This document shows positions 1 to 10,851 of a DNA stretch of 64,000 nucleotides, in pieces. The DNA comes from Patescibacteria group bacterium (GTDB lineage Bacteria > Patescibacteriota > Minisyncoccia > Phycocordibacterales > Phycocordibacteraceae), in the NCBI GenBank assembly GCA_040390125.1, contig JAZJYZ010000001.1, positions 442,396-506,395 on the forward strand, in the 5' to 3' direction. The notes beneath the pieces are model-generated. The model was not told the DNA's origin. It searched no databases and saw only the letters and a program-made list of their open reading frames with translations. The translations under genes were made by a program, and so were the position numbers. Each line of letters begins with the position of its first letter. The stretch's first letter is position 1.

Positions 1-325
1 GTTTCTAACCACCCACTACTTTTCCCTGTTTTGGGAATATAGCCAACAAGTCCAGCCTCCCAAAGTGCGGAATAGAATTCAGGGTAGTTCTTCTTAAGCT
101 CTGATCTCGTTTCATTACGATGATGCAGGGTGTAGTGCAGTAACAGATTTTCTCCCCATGGTTGATTAGCTTTTTCTTTGTTCACTTTTGTACTAAAACA
201 CAAAATATCTGATATGTAAACATAACGCCGTGAGCGTAATATTAAGTGTTAAATTTTTATTGGAATTGATTTTTATTTTATGTTTTACCCTAGCCCCTAA
301 ACACTAAACGCTATACACTACTAGA

Positions 326-1795
326 ATGTTCGGATTTTTGAAAAAATCGAGTGAGCGACCGCAACTATTCCTCTACAGCACGCTCTCGAAAGTAAAAGAG
401 GAATTTAAACCGATAAGTGGAAAGAAAGTGAAGATGTATACCTGCGGGCCTACAGTGTATGACTATGCTCACATCGGTAATCTTCGCTCGTACGTATTTG
501 CCGACACGCTTCGTCGCACACTGGAATACAGAGGCTATGCGGTAAAGCAGATAATAAATATTACGGACTTTGGCCATTTAGTGAATGATGCAGACGATAC
601 TGAAGATAAGATGACGCTCGCTCTCAAGCGTGAAGGCAAGACATTGACGTTGGAGAACATGAAAATATTAGGTGAAGAGTACACTTCTTTTTTTATAGAA
701 GATGTAAAAACATTGAATATTGAATTGCCGTTCGCATTTCCACGGGCTTCTGAAAACATCCCTGAGCAGATTGCCTTTATTAAAAGTCTTTTTGAAAAAG
801 GGTATGCATATAAGACTTCAGACGGTATGTATTTTGATACCGCAAAATTTCCATCCTATGGAGCTTTAGGCGTATCTGTACCAGGAAGCACTCCATCTTC
901 TACATCTGGTGCACATGCACGGGTTGTGGCAAATCCTGAAAAGCACGACCAGCGAGATTTCGCACTTTGGAAGTTTGATACTTCGCTTGGATGGGAAGCG
1001 CCCTGGGGCAAAGGGTTTCCAGGGTGGCACATTGAATGTACTACCATGGCAACAAAGTATCTTGGAAAAAGTTTTGATATACATACTGGTGGCGTTGATC
1101 ACATTGCTATTCATCACAACAACGAAATTGCTCAAGCGGAGGCGGTATCGGGAAAGAAGTTTGTGAAGTATTGGATGCACGGTGAATTTATTACCATTGA
1201 AGGGAAACGTATCGGAAAGTCTGAAGGTAATGCGATCCGTCTCTATCAGCTCCGTGAGCGAGATATCAGCCCAATGGCGTATCGGTACCTTTTGCTTACG
1301 GTGCATTATCGTTCGCTTTTGAATTTCACTTGGGAAGCTGTGCTCGGGGCACAGACTGCACTTCAAAGAGCCCAACGCATGTTTGCTGATTTTCCCCTCA
1401 AGGGACACGTCGCACCTCTCTATCGTACAAAGTTTGAAATTGCGATTAATGATGATTTAAATATGCCAGTCGCAATTGCGGTGATGTGGGAGCTTTTGAA
1501 AGATGATTCAGTAACACCTGCAGATAAGCGAGCGACTATTCTTGATTTTGATAAGGTGCTTGGTTTAGGTTTTGGGACAGCGTCATCGAAAGAAGGCTCT
1601 AAAATCTCAGTAACCGAAATTTCTGATGTCCCGGATGATATATCTTCTCTGATTCGTGAACGTGAAGAGGCGAGAGGGGTAAAGGATTGGGTTCGTGCTG
1701 ATGAATTGCGTCAGACGTTAGCATCTCAAGGGTTTACTGTCGAAGATGGCCCCGAGGGACCTGTTGTTAGGAAAAGCAGTTCAGTGGACAGTTGA
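326..1795 (+). CDS. cysS: Cysteine--tRNA ligase (class I aaRS; HIGN-like and KxSKS-like motifs present)
   Basis: 489 aa ORF. N-terminal YTCGPTVYDYAHIGNLRSY (HIGH-type) and a KRIGKSEGN (KMSKS-type) segment. Overall CysRS architecture. Confidence 0.9.
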   Translation: MFGFLKKSSERPQLFLYSTLSKVKEEFKPISGKKVKMYTCGPTVYDYAHIGNLRSYVFADTLRRTLEYRGYAVKQIINITDFGHLVNDADDTEDKMTLALKREGKTLTLENMKILGEEYTSFFIEDVKTLNIELPFAFPRASENIPEQIAFIKSLFEKGYAYKTSDGMYFDTAKFPSYGALGVSVPGSTPSSTSGAHARVVANPEKHDQRDFALWKFDTSLGWEAPWGKGFPGWHIECTTMATKYLGKSFDIHTGGVDHIAIHHNNEIAQAEAVSGKKFVKYWMHGEFITIEGKRIGKSEGNAIRLYQLRERDISPMAYRYLLLTVHYRSLLNFTWEAVLGAQTALQRAQRMFADFPLKGHVAPLYRTKFEIAINDDLNMPVAIAVMWELLKDDSVTPADKRATILDFDKVLGLGFGTASSKEGSKISVTEISDVPDDISSLIREREEARGVKDWVRADELRQTLASQGFTVEDGPEGPVVRKSSSVDS

Positions 1796-1913
1796 CCCCT
1801 GGTCAGATCCGCAGGGATCATATAGTGGACAGTTCTCCTGCTGTACACTGTCCACTAAACACTATTCACTTCTCCCGTGGTATTCTGGCGCTATTACCCA
1901 TACGTATATTTAT

Positions 1914-2441
1914 ATGAACAGGAAAAATATTAATATCATTATCATATTGGCACTCGCAGTTGTTGCCATTTTCATAGGATTGGGATTCATGGGTTTTGGT
2001 GGGCTTGGTAACACTACGCCTACAGAAACTTCGGTAGGAGGAGTGCAGGCAATATTGAATGAAATTCAGAGCACGGGAACCGTTGCTGATCTTCGTGTAG
2101 AGGAAATTACTCTTGGCACTGGAGATGCCGTTGCCGTTGGCGATACGCTTACTGTTCGATACATCGGTGTTTTACCAGACGGAACGGTGTTTGATTCGAC
2201 TGATGCACATGGAGGTGTGCCGTACACGTTCACCATCGGTGAAGGTAACGTAATTCAGGCCTGGGACATGGGTTTGATTGGGATGAAAGAAGGAGGTAGA
2301 CGCCTTCTTGCTGTACCACCAGCTTTAGGTTACGGCGCAGAGCCGTTTGGGCAGATTCCTGCAAATGCCACATTGATTTTTGACGTTGAACTTCTGACAC
2401 GAGTGCCGGCAGGTACTCCGCTTCCATCTCCGATGCTCTGA
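1914..2441 (+). CDS. FKBP-type peptidyl-prolyl cis-trans isomerase with N-terminal TM/signal anchor
   Basis: C-terminal FKBP domain (VRYIGVLPDGTVFDST...GEGNVIQAWDMGLIGMKEGGRRLLAVPPALGYG...IPANATLIFDVELL). The track ORF starts at 1746 and overlaps cysS. The internal ATG at 1914 (MNRKNINIIIILALAVV...) is the more plausible start. Confidence 0.8.
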   Translation: MNRKNINIIIILALAVVAIFIGLGFMGFGGLGNTTPTETSVGGVQAILNEIQSTGTVADLRVEEITLGTGDAVAVGDTLTVRYIGVLPDGTVFDSTDAHGGVPYTFTIGEGNVIQAWDMGLIGMKEGGRRLLAVPPALGYGAEPFGQIPANATLIFDVELLTRVPAGTPLPSPML

Positions 2442-2448
2442 GTTAGGG

Positions 2449-3687
2449 ATGTCCGAAAACGTTTCCTCGTTTAAAGTTGAACATGCGCTCCCACATGGGG
2501 CGCGTGTTGGCGTTGTGAATACACCACATGGTTCTTTCAAGACTCCTGCATTTGTTGCAGTTGGAACTAAAGGTACAGTGAAAGCGGTACTACCGGATGA
2601 TTTAAAGAAGAGTGCTGGTGTAGAAGTAGCTCTTGCAAATACGTATCATCTTTTTCTTCAGCCGGGCGAGGAGACGATAGCAGAAGCTGGAGGTTTGCAT
2701 TCGTTCATGGGATGGGATGGGCCTTTGTTTACTGATTCAGGGGGGTTTCAAGTTTTTTCACTTGGTGTTGGCTTTGGGAAAGGTGTTTCAAAATTTCACC
2801 CCAGCACGGAAGATGTTGGGTTTCGTAAACCCAACATTCCGGCAGTGTATGACGAGGATGTACGCTCACAGCATGGGAAGTTGGCAATCGTGGACGATGA
2901 GGGGGTTTCTTTTACTTCCCACATTGATGGAACACTGTATCGATTTACACCTGAACGCTCGGTTGAGATTCAACATAAGCTTGGTGCTGACATCTTTTTT
3001 GCGTTTGATGACTTTGTGTTGCCGGATGCTCCTCGAGAGGAGCAAGTTACTTCAATGAGACGAACTCACCGATGGGCAGAGCGTTCGCTTACGACTCATC
3101 GTGCCAATCTCAAAGCTCGAAGCTCCCAAGCTATCTTTGGTATCGTGCAGGGTGGCAGGTACGCTGACCTTCGAGCAGAGAGTGCAAAAATAATTGGAGA
3201 GATGGAATTTGATGGTTTCGGTATTGGCGGTACATTTTCAAAAGCAGATTTAGGAGAAACGCTCGATTCAGCTGTCCGTAATCTTCCACCCGAAAAACCA
3301 CGACATTTGCTTGGAATTGGCGAACCCGAAGATATTTTTGAAGCAGTTGCACATGGGATTGATTCGTTCGACTGCGTTCAGCCAACCCGACTTGCCCGAA
3401 CGGGAATGATTTATACGGCCCGTGGAAAGATAAATCTTTTGAATGAAAAATATATTCGTGATTTTTCTCCGCTGGATACTGAGACAGGAGGCTATGCATC
3501 TGAGCATTTTTCTAGAAGCTACGTTGCACATCTCTTCCGTGCCAAAGAAATGCTGGGTGCCACCATAGCTTCAATTCATAATTTATATTTCCTCACGTCC
3601 TTAATGAAAAATATACGCAATTCCATACTTGAAGATAGATTTGATGTTTTCCGTAGAGCATTTTTGAAAAAATACTCTTCGCAGTAG
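2449..3687 (+). CDS. tgt: Queuine tRNA-ribosyltransferase
   Basis: 412 aa. LFTDSGGFQVFSLG and FDCVQPTRLARTG motifs are typical of Tgt. Confidence 0.85.
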   Translation: MSENVSSFKVEHALPHGARVGVVNTPHGSFKTPAFVAVGTKGTVKAVLPDDLKKSAGVEVALANTYHLFLQPGEETIAEAGGLHSFMGWDGPLFTDSGGFQVFSLGVGFGKGVSKFHPSTEDVGFRKPNIPAVYDEDVRSQHGKLAIVDDEGVSFTSHIDGTLYRFTPERSVEIQHKLGADIFFAFDDFVLPDAPREEQVTSMRRTHRWAERSLTTHRANLKARSSQAIFGIVQGGRYADLRAESAKIIGEMEFDGFGIGGTFSKADLGETLDSAVRNLPPEKPRHLLGIGEPEDIFEAVAHGIDSFDCVQPTRLARTGMIYTARGKINLLNEKYIRDFSPLDTETGGYASEHFSRSYVAHLFRAKEMLGATIASIHNLYFLTSLMKNIRNSILEDRFDVFRRAFLKKYSSQ

Positions 3688-3992
3688 CGAATATTGGCAT
3701 TATTTTTATTTAATGCTTTAATTAAAAAATGAGTGAAATATCAACTCCACACACATGCGATGGAAGAGGGGGCGTGAGGTTGTCACCCGAAGCTGGTGGC
3801 TGGCATTCTGTCGAACGTAAGTGTTTAGCCTGCATGATAGAGGCAATGTTTGATCCTTTGGGGGATGTTGTGCGTGGCATGTTTGGCTCTGCAAAGGTCA
3901 ATAAATAAAACAATTGAGTGTCCGATTGCTTGTTCGGGAAAGGTCAAGAATTTGCCCTTTCCTCTCTCTTCGCTAGGTTGTAAGCTGATTAG

Positions 3993-5171
3993 GTGGGACC
4001 CATTCGACCTATTCAACAAGCTCAAGGCAAGCAAGCTCAGGGTGAACCTCTGGCGGTAAAAATTCGACCCAAAAATCTTGATGAATTCATTGGGCAGGAA
4101 CATCTAGTTGGCATTGGGAAGCCTCTTCGTGTTGCTATAGAGGGGAAGCATCGATTTTCTTTTGTACTCTGGGGTCCGCCAGGGGTAGGAAAAACAACAC
4201 TCGCACGGATTTATGCAGATTCGCTGGATGCTGTATTTTTTGAACTCTCTGCGGTGGCAGTAGGGAAGGAAGATATTAGAAAGGTGATTGCTACTGATAC
4301 AGGTGGAAAACCAAAGGTTTTATTTTTGGATGAAATACATAGATTTAATAAAGCACAGCAGGATTTTCTTTTACCTTTTGTAGAGAAGGGGGATTTAACA
4401 TTAATCGGAGCAACGACTGAAAACCCAAGCTTTGAAGTTATACCTGCACTTTTATCTCGTGCACGAGTATTTGTGTTGCAGTCCATCTCTGCAGAAAACA
4501 TGGGAAGAATAGTGGAACGTACAGGAGTGACGCTTGATTCCGAAGCGACTGAATGGGTTGTGGCGTATGCGAATGGTGATGCGCGCGCCGCCATCACTAT
4601 TGTTGAGAATACAGAACGCTTGTATGGAAAGGTCACGGCGAAAACCTTACAGGAATCATTGCAGTCGGGAAAGCTTCGGTATGACAAGAAGGGTGAAGAG
4701 CACTACGATACGATTTCTGCTTTTATAAAAAGCATGAGGGCATCCCAGCCGGATGCCGCTATGTACTACCTCGCACGGATGTTAGAGGGTGGGGAAGATC
4801 CGGTATTCATTGCACGGCGTATGGTGATATTCGCCTCAGAAGATATTGGCGTTGCTCAACCTACAGCACTTGTTGTGGCGAATGCGGTGTTTGATGCTGT
4901 TCGTTCCATTGGAATGCCTGAAGCCGAAATAAACCTTGCACACGGAGTCGCATATCTATCAAATTCAAAAAAAGACCGCTCTGCCTATGATGCTCTCCGT
5001 TTAGCCCAAGCGGATGTGCAGGCAACAGGTAATCTTCCTATCCCCATGAATGTCCGCAACGCTCCGACCAAGCTCTTGAAAGAGTTAGGCTACGGCAAGG
5101 AGTATGAAAAATATGACACAGAAAGTTATCTACCTGAGAAGCTAAAAAAGAAGAAATATTTTAATTCTTGA
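3993..5171 (+). CDS. rarA: Replication-associated recombination protein A (AAA+ ATPase, MgsA/RarA family)
   Basis: 392 aa. Walker A LWGPPGVGKTTLARIYA, DEIHRFNKAQQD box and a C-terminal MgsA-like helical domain. Confidence 0.85.
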   Translation: MGPIRPIQQAQGKQAQGEPLAVKIRPKNLDEFIGQEHLVGIGKPLRVAIEGKHRFSFVLWGPPGVGKTTLARIYADSLDAVFFELSAVAVGKEDIRKVIATDTGGKPKVLFLDEIHRFNKAQQDFLLPFVEKGDLTLIGATTENPSFEVIPALLSRARVFVLQSISAENMGRIVERTGVTLDSEATEWVVAYANGDARAAITIVENTERLYGKVTAKTLQESLQSGKLRYDKKGEEHYDTISAFIKSMRASQPDAAMYYLARMLEGGEDPVFIARRMVIFASEDIGVAQPTALVVANAVFDAVRSIGMPEAEINLAHGVAYLSNSKKDRSAYDALRLAQADVQATGNLPIPMNVRNAPTKLLKELGYGKEYEKYDTESYLPEKLKKKKYFNS

Positions 5172-5286
5172 CAGATTTTTTTAGAGGAGTATTTTGAATA
5201 TATGTCAGCGTCAGTTTGCAATTTCGCCCTTCTCGTCGTCAGCCTACGATAGTACGGAGGGATTTACTTTACATTTAAAAAATAAA

Positions 5287-5311
5287 CCCCTCCGCAAAAC
5301 GGAGGGGTTTT
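5287..5311 (+). terminator. Rho-independent terminator downstream of rarA
   Basis: Stem cccctccg / loop caaaa / stem cggagggg, immediately followed by TTTT. Confidence 0.65.
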
Positions 5312-5516
5312 AAAAAATAAATTATGTCTTTAGAAACATCGTCACCAATACCAGAAGTGCCACCTCATATTTGCCAATGGCAATCCGTCGGTTCTGATGA
5401 AACACATCAGTTGTATAAGTGCGTGTGGAATGGATGCACTAAAACTAAAAGAACACGAAAAATATAAGAATTGAAATGTCTACATCCGCAATAGGCGTTT
5501 GCTATAGTGTCCTCTC

Positions 5517-7601
5517 ATGAGTCTTTTCAAACTGAAATCAGAATATTCACCCGCAGGCGACCAGCCAAAAGCTATTGAAGCCTTGGTTAAGGGTGTGAAG
5601 AAAGGCGAGAAACATCAGACACTTTTAGGTGTTACGGGCTCTGGTAAAACATTTACAGTGGCGAATGTCATTAATCAAATTCAAAAGCCAACAATAGTTA
5701 TTGCACACAATAAAACACTTGCCGCACAGTTGACTCAAGAATATCGAGAATTTTTTCCTGAGAATGCGGTTCATTACTTCGTTTCGTATTACGACTACTA
5801 CCAGCCGGAGGCGTATATGCCGATGACTGATACGTATATCGAAAAAGAAGCGCAAATTAACGCTGAAATAGATCGCTTACGTCACGCCTCAACTCAAGCT
5901 CTGCTCACTCGTGACGACGTTATTATTGTTGCATCAGTTTCGGCTATTTACGGCCTTGGTTCTCCTGAAGAGTATGAAAAAGTTCACCGCAAAATCGCAG
6001 TGGGTGAGCAATTCGAGCGTGCGGAGTTTGTACGTGCCCTTATTGCATTGCAGTTTGAGCGCACCAATGCTGACCTCACTCCTGGCACGTTTCGAGCAGT
6101 TGGTGCAAATGTCGAGCTAATGCCGGTCAATGAAGTGGCGGTGTATCGCATACATCCCGAGCAAGGAAAAATTTCTCACATTAGTCGGTTGAACTCTGTA
6201 TCACGAGCTCTTATAGATGAGCCGAAAGAATTTTTTCTCTTTCCTGCAAAGCACTACGTTACGGATGAAGCAGATAGGGGAAGGGCGATGGCAGACATAC
6301 AAAAAGAACTTGATGCACGTCTTGTTGAATTAGAAGCCGAAGGAAAGATGCTTGAGGCCGAGCGCTTGCGTCGTCGTACCCGTTACGACCTAGCCCTCAT
6401 TCGTGAGATTGGCTATTGCAATGGTATTGAAAACTATTCTCGTCACTTTGATGGGCGGAGTGCAGGGGAGCCTCCGTATACGTTACTTTCGTATTTCCCA
6501 CGGAAAGCAGACGGGACTCCGGATTTCCTTACGGTGATTGATGAATCGCATGTGACCATTCCACAGTTAGGTGGCATGTATGCAGGAGATCAGTCACGAA
6601 AGAAAATGCTCGTGGACTATGGGTTCCGTTTGCCATCCGCCGCAGACAATCGTCCACTCAAATTTGATGAATTTGATAAAACGGTTGGGGAGAGAATTTA
6701 TACGAGTGCCACGCCGGGGCATTATGAGTTTGAGCATTCGGGAAAACCGATTGAACAAGTGATTCGCCCCACAGGGCTTATTGATCCGGAAATAATAATT
6801 CGACCAGTAACGGGGAGTAATTCTGCTGATAGCCAAGTTGTTGATTTCATACAGGAGACGGTCTCGGTAGTAAAAGGAGGAGGACGAGTACTCGTAACTA
6901 CATTGACTAAGAAAATGGCCGAAGATTTGTCTGAGTTTCTTAAAGAGAAAAATATCAAAGCCGAGTATATTCATAGCGATATAAAAACAATTGACCGCAT
7001 TACTATTCTTACCGAGTTTCGCAAGGGGACATTTGATTGTTTGGTGGGCGTAAACTTGTTGCGTGAAGGGTTGGACTTGCCGGAAGTCGAATTAGTGGGG
7101 ATTTTAGACGCAGATAAAGAAGGATTCTTGCGCTCCGACACCTCGCTTATTCAAACTATTGGCCGTGCCGCTCGTAACGTAAATGGTCGAGTTATTCTTT
7201 ATGCCGATGGCATGACTGGCTCTATGGAGCGTGCCATTGGTGAAACTAACCGTCGTCGTGCAGTACAGCTCGCCTACAACAAAAAGCACGGCATCACACC
7301 AAAAACCATTCATAAGACAATTAAAGATATTACGGAAACACTGCAGTCAGAGCGTTCTGCCGCCATTGATATGCTCTTAGCCGTAGACGAGGAGCGTACG
7401 CATGATCCAAAAACCCTGAAGATTCTCATTGCTGAAAAGCGTCAGCAGATGGAAGATGCTGTGGAAGTGCTTGATTTTGAAACTGCCGCACTTTTGCGAG
7501 ATGAGGTCTATAAACTTGAAGAAAAACTACCAGTGCCGAAAAAGCCTAAGCGTAAACCTAAATGGCCTAAGAAGGGTATGGTGGTCGACCTAGAAGATTA
7601 A
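5517..7601 (+). CDS. uvrB: Excinuclease ABC subunit B
   Basis: 694 aa. GVTGSGKTF Walker A, helicase motifs and the C-terminal UVR domain (LLRDEVYKLEE). Confidence 0.95.
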   Translation: MSLFKLKSEYSPAGDQPKAIEALVKGVKKGEKHQTLLGVTGSGKTFTVANVINQIQKPTIVIAHNKTLAAQLTQEYREFFPENAVHYFVSYYDYYQPEAYMPMTDTYIEKEAQINAEIDRLRHASTQALLTRDDVIIVASVSAIYGLGSPEEYEKVHRKIAVGEQFERAEFVRALIALQFERTNADLTPGTFRAVGANVELMPVNEVAVYRIHPEQGKISHISRLNSVSRALIDEPKEFFLFPAKHYVTDEADRGRAMADIQKELDARLVELEAEGKMLEAERLRRRTRYDLALIREIGYCNGIENYSRHFDGRSAGEPPYTLLSYFPRKADGTPDFLTVIDESHVTIPQLGGMYAGDQSRKKMLVDYGFRLPSAADNRPLKFDEFDKTVGERIYTSATPGHYEFEHSGKPIEQVIRPTGLIDPEIIIRPVTGSNSADSQVVDFIQETVSVVKGGGRVLVTTLTKKMAEDLSEFLKEKNIKAEYIHSDIKTIDRITILTEFRKGTFDCLVGVNLLREGLDLPEVELVGILDADKEGFLRSDTSLIQTIGRAARNVNGRVILYADGMTGSMERAIGETNRRRAVQLAYNKKHGITPKTIHKTIKDITETLQSERSAAIDMLLAVDEERTHDPKTLKILIAEKRQQMEDAVEVLDFETAALLRDEVYKLEEKLPVPKKPKRKPKWPKKGMVVDLED

Positions 7602-7890
7602 AGGTGCTATAAAATTTCCATGACTAACGAAGCACCGAAGACTCCTCCATCTCTTGTGGAGCGAGCCTCTAGAGCCGTTTCGCGTTTCCTCGATGAACTT
7701 TTAACACCTCACGCTGATGCTCCACCACCACGGAGACAGGGAACAAGAAGAAGAGATCGTGGCTTTGGCAACCTCTGACGCCTCCATTGAAAAAAAGTTT
7801 TGTTTCAAGTGAACTGAATTCAGAGTTCGAATAAATCCAGCATTATGCTACTATCTGCCTGTACCGCCGAACCGGCGGTTATTCGTATAT

Positions 7891-10581
7891 ATGGCAAAAG
7901 AAAAAGAAAAAAAAGACGTTCATGATACTGATGTAGGACTCGATAAGATAGTTATACGGGGTGCAAAGACACACAATTTGAAGAATGTGTCTTTAGAAAT
8001 ACCTCGAAACAAGCTTGTTGTATTTACCGGACTTTCTGGTTCAGGAAAATCCTCGCTTGCGTTTGATACCATTTTTGCGGAAGGGCAGAGAAGGTATGTG
8101 GAGTCACTGTCTGCGTACGCTCGGCAATTTTTAAATCAAATGGCAAAGCCTGACGTTGAAGAGATTACAGGCCTCTCCCCAGCTATCGCCATTGATCAGA
8201 AAAGTCGCTCGAACAATCCACGCTCCACAGTTGCTACCATTACTGAAATTTATGACTACATGCGTATTCTCTATGCCCGTGTAGGTCAGCCGTACTGTAC
8301 ACAAGACGACACTCCAATTCAGAAACTTTCAAAAGAGGAGATTATGAAAATAATTCTTCGCACCGTTGAGGTTGTAGATTTGAAAGCAACTGCAAAGCGG
8401 GCGATGGGAGTTGCATATAATGATTTGAAAATTCGTATTTTGGCGCCCGTTATTGTAGGTAGAAAAGGAGAGTACTACCAACTTCTTTACGATTTGCTCG
8501 GTAAAGGATATGAAAAAGTTATTGTAGATGGCAAAGAATATTCACTACGTGAAAGAATTGCTCTGGAGAAAAATAAAGTGCACGACATTGACGTTGTGGT
8601 GGATGAGATTTTTGTTACAGAGTTTGACCCCATTCTAAAGGGAAGGTCTTCCAAGGGGTCTGAAAAATCTAAAGTAAATGATGCCAGGGAGCGTTTATCG
8701 GAAGCTATCGAGATGGCTCTAAAAGAATCAAACGGGCTCATAAAGATAGAAAATCCTTTGAAGGAGGTGCGTATTCTTTCGGCAAAATTTATTTGTCCAT
8801 TGGACGGGTCCTCATTTCCTGAAGTTGAACCTCGACTTTTTTCCTTCAACAGCCCATACGGTGCTTGCCCAGAATGTCATGGTCTTGGAACTATAGGATT
8901 TTTCAATCTTGATGTGTGCCCAGTGTGTGAAGGTAAACGCCTCCGGCCAGAGGCGCTTCGAGTGTTTTTAGGAAGCGGGCAGAAGGCAGAAGGCAGTAAG
9001 CAGGAAAATACATTAGGTATGAATATCGTGGATCTTACTCGGCTTTCTATACTTGATGCGAAAGACTATATACAGAACCTAAAACTCACCAAAAAGCAGG
9101 AAGAAATTTCAAGCGCAATTCTAAAAGAAATTCTTGCACGACTACAGTTCATGATTGATGTGGGTATTGGGTATCTCACGCTCGACCGCACTGCAAATAC
9201 ACTCTCCGGCGGTGAAGCACAACGCATTCGGCTTGCGTCACAGCTTGGAAGTGGCCTCGTGGGTGCGTTGTATGTGCTTGATGAACCTACCATCGGACTT
9301 CATCAAAGAGACAACGACCGTTTAGTGAAAACACTGCTCCGACTTCGTGACTTAGGCAATAGCATCATTGTTGTTGAACATGATGAGGATACTATTTTCT
9401 CCTCAGACTTCCTTGTAGACATTGGTCCTGGGGCTGGGGTTCATGGTGGCGAGATAGTAGTTGCTGGCTGGCTCGACAAACTTCTCACCGCTAAGCGTAA
9501 TGATTCAGGCTCTCTTACGCTTTCGTATCTTCGAGGAGAAAAACAAATTCCAGTTCCTCTGCGACGTACGGAACAGAAAGGGGCCCTCAAGGTGAGGCAG
9601 GGAAATATTTTCAACATTAAAAATATGGATGTTGATGTGCCATTGGGCAAACTTATTTCTGTGACTGGAGTTTCTGGTTCCGGAAAGTCTTCATTCATGT
9701 ATGAGCTTTTGTATAAAAACCTTCGAGGCAAGCTGGAGCGAAATTACCGAACGAACAAACTTTATAACTGCACAAGTTTTTCAGGCTCTGAATATTTGAG
9801 TCGTGTAATTCTTATTGACCAGTCATCGATTGGGCGTACACCACGCTCTAACCCCGCTACGTACACTGGTGCGTTTTCACATATTCGAGACATGTTTGCT
9901 GCAACTCCGGAGGCACGTGCACGAGGATGGAAGGGTGGACGTTTCTCGTTTAACGTCAAGGGAGGCAGATGTGAGGCCTGCCAAGGAAATGGCACCATAG
10001 CGGTTGAAATGCATTTCTTGCCAACGGTGTATGTGACCTGTGACGTGTGTGATGGAAAGCGGTTTATGAAGGAGACTCTGGAAGTTGAGTATCGCAAGAA
10101 AAATATTCATCAGGTGCTCTCAATGACCGTGGAAGAGGGGCTAGAATTTTTCAACGATATACCCGCTATTCATGATCGCCTGCGCACACTCTCAGAGGTG
10201 GGCTTGGGTTATCTAAAGCTGGGGCAGTCAGCAACGACGCTTTCAGGTGGAGAGGCACAAAGAGTGAAAATATCCTCCGAGCTCTACAGAAGACATACTG
10301 AGAAAACCATTTATCTTTTAGATGAGCCAACCATCGGACTTCACTATGAAGATGTTAGAAAGTTGATAGAAATTTTGCAGACTCTGGTGAATAAGGGAAA
10401 CACGGTGATGGTCATCGAGCACAACATGGAGCTTATAAAGAGCTCTGATTACGTGATCGACATTGGTCCTGACGGGGGAGTTGATGGCGGAAAAATCGTT
10501 GCGAAAGGCACGCCTGAGGAGGTTGCCCGTACGAAAGGTTCGTATACTGGCGAATATTTGAAGCGAATTTTGAAAAATTGA
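7891..10581 (+). CDS. uvrA: Excinuclease ABC subunit A
   Basis: 896 aa. Two ABC ATPase modules ([24 protein letters not shown]; LSGGEAQRI twice) and Zn-finger cysteines. Confidence 0.95.
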   Translation: MAKEKEKKDVHDTDVGLDKIVIRGAKTHNLKNVSLEIPRNKLVVFTGLSGSGKSSLAFDTIFAEGQRRYVESLSAYARQFLNQMAKPDVEEITGLSPAIAIDQKSRSNNPRSTVATITEIYDYMRILYARVGQPYCTQDDTPIQKLSKEEIMKIILRTVEVVDLKATAKRAMGVAYNDLKIRILAPVIVGRKGEYYQLLYDLLGKGYEKVIVDGKEYSLRERIALEKNKVHDIDVVVDEIFVTEFDPILKGRSSKGSEKSKVNDARERLSEAIEMALKESNGLIKIENPLKEVRILSAKFICPLDGSSFPEVEPRLFSFNSPYGACPECHGLGTIGFFNLDVCPVCEGKRLRPEALRVFLGSGQKAEGSKQENTLGMNIVDLTRLSILDAKDYIQNLKLTKKQEEISSAILKEILARLQFMIDVGIGYLTLDRTANTLSGGEAQRIRLASQLGSGLVGALYVLDEPTIGLHQRDNDRLVKTLLRLRDLGNSIIVVEHDEDTIFSSDFLVDIGPGAGVHGGEIVVAGWLDKLLTAKRNDSGSLTLSYLRGEKQIPVPLRRTEQKGALKVRQGNIFNIKNMDVDVPLGKLISVTGVSGSGKSSFMYELLYKNLRGKLERNYRTNKLYNCTSFSGSEYLSRVILIDQSSIGRTPRSNPATYTGAFSHIRDMFAATPEARARGWKGGRFSFNVKGGRCEACQGNGTIAVEMHFLPTVYVTCDVCDGKRFMKETLEVEYRKKNIHQVLSMTVEEGLEFFNDIPAIHDRLRTLSEVGLGYLKLGQSATTLSGGEAQRVKISSELYRRHTEKTIYLLDEPTIGLHYEDVRKLIEILQTLVNKGNTVMVIEHNMELIKSSDYVIDIGPDGGVDGGKIVAKGTPEEVARTKGSYTGEYLKRILKN

Positions 10582-10614
10582 CAGATCAAAAACTCACCTG
10601 CATATTATTGCTAT

Positions 10615-10842
10615 ATGACTGAAAATAGTGGAGAGAGACACGACAAGCCAGTTTTTCCTGAAATGTGGAGTAGTAGAAGAGGGTATTACCTTCCTACTGC
10701 AGACGAAGTTACTGAAAAAATAAAAGCCACTTTTCAGCGTGGCGGTTCTAAAGGTAGCGATGCCCGTAAGCAGGCACGAAGTTTACTTCGTAGGTTTTTA
10801 GATGGAAGTCTTAGTGCTGAAGAGCTTTTCAAGTATTATTAA
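10615..10842 (+). CDS. Hypothetical small protein (75 aa) between uvrA and uvrC
   Basis: ORF only, with no recognisable domain. Confidence 0.3.
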   Translation: MTENSGERHDKPVFPEMWSSRRGYYLPTADEVTEKIKATFQRGGSKGSDARKQARSLLRRFLDGSLSAEELFKYY

Positions 10843-10851
10843 TGTGTTGCT

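Noticed and set aside
866-1408. Long minus-strand ORFs antisense to cysS (866..1408) and to pdxS (14288..15181). Similar antisense ORFs lie inside uvrA, the RND gene and leuS.
   Set aside because: Each lies entirely inside a well-supported conserved gene on the other strand, and its product has no recognisable features. These are treated as spurious antisense frames.
3688-3992. Looked for a structured ncRNA (RNase P RNA, SRP RNA, tmRNA or 6S) in the 300-bp tgt-rarA spacer and in the 270-bp post-leuS spacer (47160..47393).
   Set aside because: No conserved RNase P (GGAAAGUCCGG; AGGGUGAAA), SRP domain IV or tmRNA tag/acceptor signatures could be recognised by eye. This cannot be excluded without covariance-model searches (Infernal/Rfam).
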